From Marsupella aquatica (lineage: Eukaryota > Plantae > Marchantiophyta): 64,000 nt of DNA. The position numbers were made by a program, and so were the translations under genes. The stretch's first letter is position 1. Each line of letters opens with the position of its first letter. The DNA lies in contig OZ316893.1 of assembly GCA_973895155.1 (NCBI GenBank), forward strand, positions 4,826,977-4,890,976. The letters run 5' to 3'. The notes beneath the pieces were generated by a model that worked only from the letters and a program-made list of their open reading frames with translations, had not been told where the DNA came from and did not search any database. Shown in pieces: positions 1 to 10,080 of the stretch.

Positions 1-451
1 CGAAAGTATGGCGTACGCTTTCACACTATCATCATCTGATTGGTGATGACTACTCAAGTCTTGCATTAGTGACTTCTGGATTCCCATCTGGGCAATAAAC
101 ACGGAGTGTCACTGAGAGTTAGAGCCAAGGGTTGGTGAGTAGTACTAGAGGATTAGGAAGGAACATCCCCTCATCATTCTCTTTTCGCTCCTGCCTTTTG
201 AGAGGTGGAGGGGGGTGGACTCTGAATTTGGTACCTCAATTGATAAAGTGGCAAAATTTAGAAATTTGTGGCCGACGTTTCGTCCTTGCAGATAAGGCGG
301 GGTAGGTCGTGATGTGCTGATTAAGTTAACCTGCAAAACAGCATGGCAAGGTAGCTGCCTGTCTTTTGAAATAATATTCTTGCTGTTTACCATGTTCACT
401 GTGTGGCTGTACAACTTTACAATCTTATGGCTGACTGGGATGGTTTGTCAG

Positions 452-1701
452 GTTGAATTTTTAAATAAAGAGAAGGATCAGCTTGTACGAGCAGTCATGC
501 CGGAGTTTGGTAACATACTGGAAAAAGAGAAACGAATGCAGGTCTGTGAGGTTTGTGGAGCAATGCAGGCCTCTACAGACACAGAAAAGCGGCTTGCAAG
601 TCATTTGGAAGGCAAACAACATCTGGTAGGGGGACCTTTCTGCAATCTGACTTTATCTTTAATGCTTTAATTGGAGGGTCTGCTGTACTTCGGTTGGGAT
701 AGCTGCTCACTTGTCGGTAATTCTGCAGGGGTATTTCCGCATAAGGCAAACTGCAGAGCAGCTCAGGAAAAAGAAAGAATCAGAGCGAGAATCTAGAAGA
801 AAGGACCGCGATGTGGAAAATGATAATTCTGACCTAAAACCCAAGCTCGATGAGCCCCCGTCAGAAGAGCTTAGGGAGAAGGAGAAGGTATCATTCTAGC
901 TGAGCTCAATGTTATGTGTACGTTTTCTAGCTGTGGCATTAGATCATCCAGAAACTTAGATACACGTTGCATACTTTGCAGGTCAGAGTGATATTTGAAG
1001 GAAAACTTCATAACCTTCGATAGCTTAACCCAGTCTCCTGGGTTCTAGCTTCAGAATTTTCAATTTCAGTTTTTATTATGTCTACTGTTTCGGCAAGGTT
1101 GGCTACTCTAATGGAGGTTAGCATGGGAATTAATGTACTTCTCCTCTTGATCAAGGTCGATCATTTAATGCTGGTTCATCTGTGGTTTAATGCAGAATGG
1201 TACACGGTCGAATGAAAAAGAACGTGATCAGGAGTCGAGACGGGAACGGAGGTTAGTATCAAAGATTGAACCTTTCAGTCTGTCTGGTGTATGTAGACTT
1301 AGAGTTTGATTTCTGTAGTAGACTTTAGAGTTTGATTTTGAGAAGTTTGACTTAGACTGAAATCTTTGCACATTGTTGTGGGTGCTATTTGGCTGATTCG
1401 TGACTTGGACTGTTACAGTCGCAGCAGGGAGAGGATGTATCGAGGGCAAGATCGGGGTCGTGATCGAGACGGAGACCGTGATCGAGAGAGAGAGAGAGAC
1501 AAGCATAGAGACTGGGGGGATAAGGACAGAGACAGAGAACGAGACAAGGATAGGGACAGGAATAGAGAGAGGGATTCCTATAGAGATCGGGACAGAGGAA
1601 GGGGGAGAGACAGAGATAGGGGACGGGACCGTGACAGAGATAGGGAGCGTGGAATCCGGCGGCTCAGTCGTAGCAGAGAGAGAGACCGTGCGAGGCGATA
1701 A
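452..1701 (+). CDS. LUC7: LUC7-like U1 snRNP-associated splicing factor, 3' part (5' exons lie upstream of the window)
   Basis: GT-AG exons 452-625, 729-887, 1196-1251 and 1419-1701 join in frame. They encode the second LUC7 zinc finger ([11 protein letters not shown]...[18 protein letters not shown]) followed by an RD/RE/RS-rich tail; stop TAA ends at 1701. Confidence 0.88.
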
Positions 1702-4057
1702 CAGTTGCCAAGCTATCAAATTGCCAGCATTGAACCATCCAGTTGGAATTTAAGTTCCAGTAATTTTTTTTATGGACTTGCGGACCAGACATCTCAACAT
1801 TCTTTGTCACTACACGATAATTTTCGCTACCGGGTACATTGTCGAGACCGTATTGATGTCGTGACTTCCATTTCCGTGTTTTATTGACCAGAGAGTAGAA
1901 ACCCTAGTTCCCGAGTTCTGTGAGTTCACTTACATTGGTGTTTATCACAGAAGCAACTAGCCAAACATAGTACCATGAGTGTACTTTCGATCTGATCAGG
2001 TGAACATCTCCGTGCAGAAGAATGTGACATGTACAGTTCTTCTTCAAGTGTAAGTAGTTGACTTATGCGTATGTGCGAATGCCGCCAACTACAATTGAGA
2101 AGTCTGAAGGCGCTTGCTCTGAAATCTTGCGTGTTTCTGATAGTATTTCTTATCTTATGTAAGTCTATGCATTCACGATGGGAAAGCAAATTGACCATAT
2201 TTGACTAAACCCCTTGGGAAGGAGCTCGGTTTGGCCTTTAAAATCTCCTCAACGTTCTGGTGTCACGAATCACAAGGGCTCTGTGCTGTCCAAATGATGA
2301 TGTATAAGACCCCTCTCCCAAGAAACGGACTAACTTCTGATTATCAGTATCGCTTGCATAGAGTTCATCATCTATATGCTCAAGGTGAAACGAAAAAGCT
2401 ACCCATGATGCTATGAGGAAGCTTTTCATACCTGAAGATACGTCAGACAGCTCAGGATGAGAGAGCTCAGGATGAGAGGTTACGTTTGGTACCCTAGGGA
2501 AGCAGAAAATCTGACTCCACACATTCTCACGAATTTGTCAACTATGGATCTGAACGAATGGTTGTTACATGACAACTTAGCCGCCTCATTAACTGCCCCA
2601 TTGTTGATGTAGGGAGCCGAGTTCCCTGACGACCACTTAATATTGGGTTTGTGTCCACAGATGTGGTAGTTCACTATGAACTTAGGAATTGCTGACAGTG
2701 GTATCAAAGAATACAGTCGTAGGAAGTAAGAGGTTGCTATAAACGAATTTGCAGAAATCCTAGAATTTGGACCAAAATGAGCCATATACGGCTGGTGTTG
2801 GAGGTGACAGAGTCGTGATACTCATCAGAGTGACAAGGGCAACTAATTGTTAGTTGTGTTTCTAACACACAAGTTCTTTTAGCAGTAAATTAGTACATTT
2901 GTTCATTTACAAGTGCTTTACAAGGCATTGGGTCAGAACGACTGCGTGGTTTTGCCAAGTGCCCTGCATATCACTTTGTCTTTTAGAGGAGTGTTTGTGT
3001 GGGATGAGACTTGAGACCTCTTGGTGTCATGAATTACTTGGTGAGTACTTGGTGACAGTTGAGTGACAATTTGCAAATTTAATGGAAGAGTCCATTAACA
3101 AGGCTCAGTGGAGTTCATCAGAATCATTTGTATTTAGTTTTAAAAGCTACAATCGGAAAACCCCCCTCATTGCACCAGGTAGCCATTGCCAAGAGCATTC
3201 ACCGTTCACCCAATTTTTGAATATTAATACATACAACCAAAAGGCTCTACTGCCCAGGACTGATAATTAAAGAACTCCCCATGGCAGCTACTGAGATCCA
3301 GAATTCAAAAAACCCAGATGGAATTTTGCAATGTGGCATAGAATCTCATCAGACAGGTAAATGGGCTTCACTAATATTGTTTACAAAACAAAGAGTGTTT
3401 GGATACAATTATGCATTATTGCCTTTACAGTGAATCTATCTATCTGGGTTATAATAGACAACCTTACATCTCGCTTTAGATGCTATGGGCAGGTAAGTGG
3501 CCTTGCAGTCAGATTTGGTCCCCTTTCTTTCGTCTGAGAATGATGTTATGGATGCATCATTTTTCAATGAACAACTTGAAATAGGGTTAAAAGAAACATA
3601 AACATTGCGCTTTTGTGTCAAACATAATTCATTGCTACATAGTATTAACACACTGTCAAGGGCAAAAAGCGCCAAATTGGGATAGAGGATCCGAAAGTCA
3701 GGAGACCCAATAAAAGAGAGAAAACAAGGGAAAACCCCAGGAAAATCAAAGGGCCAAATGCTTGAAAGTTCCCACCAAGAGTCTCCACTGCAAACAAAAG
3801 CCCTACTGAGCAGCAAACTGGAGCCAAGCGTCCTGCTTGCTCATGCGACGAAGCAAGGTGGTGGAGGTCACAACACGAGGATGGGATCACTAAGTAGTAA
3901 GACTTAGATAAGCTTGTCTTCATTCCCGTCTTCAATAAAACCTCTTTACTTTTACGTTGTGGACACTCTCAGTCCAGGTCTCAGTCCCACCGACTTAACT
4001 GTGAATCCCGGTGACAGGTTTCGCTTTAATACACCTTCCTATTTGTTCGGTCTCTTA

Positions 4058-4499
4058 GAGCATCTCCAGTGGTAGTGCCAAATGAGCATGCATGTACCCA
4101 AAAAAGAGAGGTAAAGGGGCTAATTTTGGAGGATGGCTCAACAGTGGCCCCTATCCGGAAATTAAAGGCAACCAGCCTCCATTTTCATAACCCTGACCTC
4201 CATGTGTTGTGTGAATGGCAACCAGGAGAGAAATCTCTATCCTAACTTCTATTCCCATCTACATTAGATATTCCATCACATGTCAATATTCCATTACATG
4301 TCACAAAAGCTTTGCTATGTTTGATATTTGAATTTAGATATGACAACACATCACTTTGGAAAGGATAGAGGGCGAAGAAGGGGGAAAACTGCTGGTGATT
4401 GAATTCAATATGAGTTTTTTTAATTTCTAGGCATCCAAATGATGGGTTACATGTTGGGTTTAGAGGTCATTATTGACCCCCAAACCACTGGAGATGCTC
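4058..4499. mobile_element. PIF/Harbinger (Tourist-type) MITE, 442 bp
   Basis: Perfect 16-bp TIRs GAGCATCTCCAGTGGT / ACCACTGGAGATGCTC; TTA target-site duplication at 4055-4057 and 4500-4502; no coding capacity. Confidence 0.9.
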
Positions 4500-6707
4500 T
4501 TATCGCTACCATAAAAATGCCTTTTGGAGAAAAGAAACCAAACAAAACGCTCCCTCTAGAAGGATGCCAGAAGGATGCCACTGCAACGACTGTAATTGGG
4601 AGTAATCTTCTATTTCATCCCAAGTGACATTCGCCACTCTGGCGAAACAGAAAGAGCCTTAAAAAGTACACTGCTACGTAACTGGCGGGACCAAGCTAAC
4701 ACTGGTGAGATTCGTTTCCTGCCTTGAAAACCTGGCTTAATAACCAACCATTCAGGGGGAGGACAATGATATTCTGACGGACGAATTGCCTTTTGCGACG
4801 GAGCTCGTCCCTGTCCACCAAGCTCGCCCTGGACATCCTGCGCGCATGGCCGCCCGCCGTCCCGAACAGCCGGTCGCCCGTAGGGTAGGCTGCCTACTCC
4901 ATAGCCTCCAAATGACGAGGCCGGATGACGCTCTGGTGTGTTGCGCGATGGCAGACTGGCAGTCAGGCTGGTGTGCTCGAGAGGGTGTCCAGAAATTCAG
5001 TTCCAGTGTCCAGTCCAGCAGTGATTTAAGCAGTCAACCCACTCATCAGGGACGCAAATGCTGATATTGATCTTCTGACGAGAGGATTGCACTGAGTTTT
5101 CAATTGGGTACAGTTGGTTCTCACTTCTCAGTACCAATTCAGTAGTGGAGTCTCAGGATGGAGGGGATCATTGGACTGCCGCCCGCGACTTTTCTGTCTA
5201 CTACTGTACAGTAAGTTCTGTTATTGTAACGCAGCAGCACAGGCCTATCCTTTCGCTCAGCTCAGCTCAGCTCAGCCCCCTCCTCCTCACTCTTTCTTTT
5301 CTTTAGGAAAAGGGGCCGCAGACCCTACGAACTTTATTCCTTCAAAGTGATCAGGTACAGGTTACTCTAGGGTGGCTTTACAGAAGTAGGGGTAATGAGT
5401 GGAAATTGCTACAGTTGGCTGTGCAGGAACTCAGAGCTCAAACGGGTATGGTGTCTACTCTCTACTGATCATATATCGTACAGAATACGCCCAAGGAAAT
5501 GTTTAAGTAAAGTGCTTGTTTTTGTTTAGAATTTTAGATCACTTCCAGAACTAAAAGGATTTGTCTAGATCAAATGAATTAGATATTTCCTTGATTGAAC
5601 CCCAAAATGAGGTTTTGGGTAAGCTGATTCGAGGTCTATCAAGGTCAATCAACAGTCGGGATATCTCAGGGATTCTATCAAGTAACACTTTTCATTTTGG
5701 GTTCCCATCAAGCAAATACCTCCCGGATGAGAAGGTCCAAACATTGGGCCTTCATTTTAAGGGATTTGCATTTACGGAACGTCATTTCAAAAATTTGTGG
5801 TCTAAAGACAATCTATTGAACAAGAAGTGATGTTTTGGTGAAAAAAATCACAAATGTCACTAAGGTCTTGTAAAGTCACCTTGAGAATACAAAGCCACAA
5901 TATGGAGCAATGTTCTTGTTCTACCTTGTTCAGAATATTGCTCAAGTTATCTGTTTATTGTGTTATGAGGTTCCACATGGTTTTGGTGCCCACCCTTAAG
6001 CCCCCTTCATTCCTACCAAGCTTTTTAAAGCTGTTCTCACTAAGAACGGTGACGACACTGTATGCCAACTGCACGTACACTGACTTAAACTAAATTTTTC
6101 ACTAAACTCACTTAAACTACACTGCTTAGGTAATTGCTCTTATTTTTTAAAAAGTTTTGGTTTGTAACTAACCTTGGTAACCCTAATTTGAGAGTGGGAC
6201 AACTCCAGCAGAAAATATTGATACCAACTATGGTGGGTTTTCTAGCTAAGTAACACAATTTTGGGTTGAAATTCATCAAGGAGAGTGGTCAAGTCCTATG
6301 CTTGGTATGCTATCATGATCTCTTCTTGTGTTCTGTCTTGCTCATGCATGGTGCAATTACGCGCAATGTGTCTCTTCTTTGAAATGTGTCTCCCCTGCTT
6401 GTTTCCATTGATGTTGGTTTGCAGTCACGTTTCTCCGCAGACAGTGTTATGCAAAAATGGAATAGTGTTACCCGAATGTTCACAATTGAGTGTCAGGATT
6501 AGTGTTAGTGTAATTAATATTGGTAAAGTTAATTGAAGTGCAACAGCAGAATTTTTGGGCTGCACAAATAGTGTTACCACGGCTAATTATGTTGAACAGT
6601 GTAGAAGCAGAGGATTAGACAAACTTGAGTGTTCAATATCTCCCTTCAAAAGAAAACATAGTAGTTCACCCATTTGATGAAAAGAGTTCAATCCTGGAAA
6701 ATAAGTG

Positions 6708-7666
6708 CAGTGAACTCTGGATAAACGCACTCTCTCGGGAAGACAGATCTGGCGTGCACTAAATCAGGTGTTGCATGACTTGATAAGCGCACATCCCGCT
6801 AAAAGTGCTGTAATAGATAAGTGTGCTTAATTTGGGATCCTTTGTTAAATGTGTAATTATCCAGGGTTTTGAATCCATGCAACCAACCAGAGCTAAACTC
6901 GCAATCCTTTGACAGCCGATACCTTCTCCAAGAGTCAGGCTTGCAATCCCTTAGCTATCTCAACAATCAAATCCTCAGAAATTTTCACTCGAGCTTCCTG
7001 GGCAGTGATGAACCAACGATACAAGCTTTCTTCCAGATCTGGGCAAAGTGCACTACGATTTTGTTTGACTTCATTTGCAGTCACATTGGAAAGCAATAAG
7101 AAAGATTTCTTCAAGATTCTACCAATAGCAGTTTGATTTACCTTAGCGTCAAATGTTTCTGAAGCCCATTCAACTAGAGCTTTGTTTGTGAGCTCTGGAT
7201 GCTTTTGCTTGTGGTGACACATTTCTCTCTTCTGCTTGTGAGTTAGTGTTGTCACCTTCCTTTCCTCCATGTTGATTCCACTTGACTACCCCAATGATTC
7301 ACGAGCTACAGTACCACAAGTTACAGTGTGCAGCAATGTTCACATGTGCTATGGACCCCGTAGTCAGCCTCGTACCTTGATCCCTGCCCTAATTCTTTGC
7401 CCAAACTCCTTAAGTGCATTATGTACTCTACTAATAATGCGCATGCCTTTATTGGTAAATAACAATTCTGGAGTTTATGCATTTACATATAAGCGCATTC
7501 AATCACTTATCCAGGGTAAGTGCTTAGAAAGTTGTCTTTTAGCGATATGTGCGCTTAGAAAAATGCTTAAAAACCGCTTATCCCGTGAAAAAAAAGGGAA
7601 GAACAAGATGGCATGCAGTAATCCAGAGTAAGCGTTTTGGAGTGTACGTTTATCCAGAGTTCACTG
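6708..7666 (-). mobile_element. pogo/Tigger-like (Tc1/mariner superfamily) non-autonomous DNA transposon, internally deleted
   Basis: Perfect 20-bp TIRs CAGTGAACTCTGGATAAACG / CGTTTATCCAGAGTTCACTG; TA on the right flank and TG (probably mutated TA) on the left; subterminal GATAA(A/G)CGCAC-like repeats; contains a CENP-B-type HTH ORF. Confidence 0.85.
6866..7270 (-). pseudogene. Truncated pogo-family transposase (CENP-B/Abp1-type N-terminal HTH plus Tc5 HTH; no DDE domain)
   Basis: ORF 7270-6935 (MEERKVTTLTHKQKREMC...LVEWASETF...AIGRILKK...PDLEESLYRWF...VKISEDLIVEIA). After a stop and frameshift it continues as EFSSGWLHGFK, the CENP-B HTH GWL..FK motif, then runs into the left terminal region. 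Confidence 0.8.
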
Positions 7667-8242
7667 TACTAGGAAGACACATAGCCAAGTGGTCCTGTAT
7701 TTGCACTTGAAGAGCAAGTATCTAACATTGTCAGCTGTCTAAGTGGGGCAATTGCTGTCATAATGTCTCTTGAACAAAGTTAGCCATGTGTCTAAATTGA
7801 GCTGTGTGCTCTTTCAATCTTCTCCTTGTGGACTCCCAGAATTTCTTTTGAAACACTGCAGTCTGATAACAACACTTTAGGTAAACTTGCTCCACATCGA
7901 GTCATTGTACTTGGATAGAAATAAGTGCGTGTAAGCATAGCTACGTACGACAACAATGGGTAGTTGTAGTGGGAAAACAGGAAAACATTTCCTCACAACA
8001 CCATGGTTTTCTCTCATAAGAGGAAAAAACTCTAAATATGTACCACTTTGCGAGCAATCTTAGTCCTAGCTAGCTAGCCAAAACCAAGGCCAAACCCTGG
8101 TTTGAACTATCTTAACTTTTGCGTCATATTTTACTAAACCCAATTTTGGAGCTCCTCTTTTGGCTAGCAAACTAGCTAGCCATATGGATTTTTAGAAATG
8201 CACTAGAAATACAAAATTTTGCAAAACTAAAAAGGCCATAAG

Positions 8243-8645
8243 TGTTGGGTATTTACTCTTACGTCTAGGTTAGGTATGACGTGGTTGGTACAACAACGTG
8301 GGTTGGTACAACTACGTGGTTAGGTACAACTACGTGATTAGGTACAACTATGTGGTTAGGTACAACTACGTGGTTAGGTACAACTAAGTTGCACACTATA
8401 TCATAAGAGGCATGTGTGCTTGGAGAGGTAGAACCAAGGCTCATTGTTATGGAGCCACTTGAGAGATAGGGAGAGCTTACACTGTGGAGACTCGGTATAG
8501 CCGACGGGCTTAGAGTTCAGTAAAGCTCTCTTGTGTGTTCCCGTGGACGTAGCCTCAAGGAGGTGAACCACGTATTTCTTGTGTCGACTATTGTGCGTTG
8601 GATGGTTCATGGGCTTGCCGTTGCGATCGTCGTCTATGCTCAACA
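8243..8645 (+). repeat. 5' LTR of the copia element
   Basis: TG...CA ends; identical to 13562-13964 except for 3 substitutions. Confidence 0.97.
8280..8386 (+). promoter_or_regulatory. U3 tandem array, 6 x 17-18 bp (consensus CGTGGTTAGGTACAACTA), putative LTR enhancer
   Basis: Units start at 8280, 8297, 8315, 8333, 8351 and 8369, just upstream of a TATA-like TATATCATAA at about 8397; the same array is in the 3' LTR (13599-13705). Enhancer function is inferred. Confidence 0.6.
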
Positions 8646-8647
8646 AT

Positions 8648-8659
8648 TGGTATCAGAGC
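8648..8659 (+). other. Primer-binding site complementary to initiator tRNA-Met
   Basis: TGGTATCAGAGC, 2 nt after the 5' LTR end. Confidence 0.95.
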
Positions 8660-9222
8660 ATGCTTGGGAGGTGATGTGTGTTCGTGACGGGATTTCATGA
8701 CGGTTTTTCCAGCGTTAAGTGTCGGTGGATTTCCCAGAGTTCCGTCGCATGGAACTTGGAGTTTATTGGCTCAACGGATAGATAAGGGCAAGAGCTTTCT
8801 AACGGTGTGAAGAAATTGCTGAACGGAGCTCGTGGTGCAGAGAGATCTAAGTTTTTGTCATTCTGGATTTTGTGAAGAAAGTTGGCAATCGACTCGGAGG
8901 GAGAAGCGTCAAGTGTTTTGACTCAACGGAGAGATTGAGGCAAGACGATTATTTTGAGTTCGGGATTGGCTCTTTGATGCAAAGAGGAAGGCTAAGCAAA
9001 AATCAATTACCTTGTTGGACTTGGTGACGGCACCAAGTGCAATTGATCAACATTCGTTGTTGACAAGACGTGGAACTTGAAGCACGAGGATCACCGCGGA
9101 GGTTTCTGGGGTAGAGAGAGGAGCAGGAGGAAGAGCACGTGACACCGATACCATCACCGGTGCGGCGTGTGGTGGAGGAAGCAGTACTACTACCGGAGCT
9201 CACGGTAGTGCCAAAGAAGAAG

Positions 9223-10080
9223 ATGGGGACTTTCAAGCTTGGGGGACCCAAGTATGAAGTGACAAAGTATGATGGGCGCTCTGACTACTTGCTATGGGAG
9301 AAGCAGGTGAAGGGAGTGCTCTATGCGTCAGGGATGGGCCAACTGCTGAGCCCTCGTGAAGATGATGTTGATGATAAACAATGGGACCGCATGCAGGAGC
9401 AGGGAGTGTGGTGTGTTACACTCTATCTCATGCCTCCCATCATCAAGCAGTTGGGTGCACATAAGGATTGCATGTCCTTGTTTGCGGAATTGCAGAGCAA
9501 GTATCACCGCAAGGAGTTGTCGAACCGGCTCTACACTTCCTACAAACTGATGAGTTTCAGGATGAAGGAATCCGGTACGAAGTTGCAAGACCATGTGGAT
9601 GCTTTCAACGACATGGTCGTTGACTTGGAAAACCTTGGGGAGACTTTGAATGATGAGACGAAGGCTCTGCAGCTTCTTAGTTCATTGCCTCCATCTTACC
9701 AGTCCCTATCACGAGTGTTGTTGCATCGTAATAGGGATACCATTTCATACAATGACGTGGTAAGTTCTCTGCTTAGTGATGATCTTCAGCAGAAGATGCA
9801 CATCACGTCACAGCCTTCATCATCTGGTGCTGCCCTCAATGTTAACCGTGGGAGAAGTATGCAGCGACCAACTGGGGACCGTAGAACCCAGTTTAGATCT
9901 AAATCCAGATCTAAGTCCAAGGGTAAATCCCCTCAGAGGAGGCAGGTAACATGTTGGAAGTGCAACCAAGTTGGACACTTCAAGCGAGATTATAAGGGAA
10001 AGGCAGCAGAAACTTCATCGGCAAATGTGGCTAGGGCTGATGAAGAAGCTGATTTACTCAATGATGAGTATGTTTTATGA
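9223..10080 (+). CDS. gag: Copia Gag (capsid domain plus zinc knuckle)
   Basis: MGTFKLGGPKYEVTKYDGRSDYLLW...ALQLLSSLPPSY...CWKCNQVGHFKRDY (last Cys of the CCHC knuckle replaced by Tyr); ends with TGA at 10078-10080. The ATG at 9223 is supported by the homologous start at 29005. Confidence 0.9.
   Translation: MGTFKLGGPKYEVTKYDGRSDYLLWEKQVKGVLYASGMGQLLSPREDDVDDKQWDRMQEQGVWCVTLYLMPPIIKQLGAHKDCMSLFAELQSKYHRKELSNRLYTSYKLMSFRMKESGTKLQDHVDAFNDMVVDLENLGETLNDETKALQLLSSLPPSYQSLSRVLLHRNRDTISYNDVVSSLLSDDLQQKMHITSQPSSSGAALNVNRGRSMQRPTGDRRTQFRSKSRSKSKGKSPQRRQVTCWKCNQVGHFKRDYKGKAAETSSANVARADEEADLLNDEYVL

Noticed and set aside
1228-1753. ORFs 1228-1719 (-) and 1400-1753 (+) with repetitive Ser/Pro/Ile or Glu/Thr/Gly composition
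   Set aside because: Antisense and off-frame shadows of the LUC7 RD-repeat exon.
8280-8386. Regularly spaced short repeats resembling a CRISPR array
   Set aside because: Units are contiguous with no unique spacers, there are no cas genes, and the array lies inside a eukaryotic LTR.
8401-8646. 81-aa minus-strand ORF present twice (also 13720-13965)
   Set aside because: Duplicated only because it lies in the LTRs; non-ATG start and no recognisable domain.
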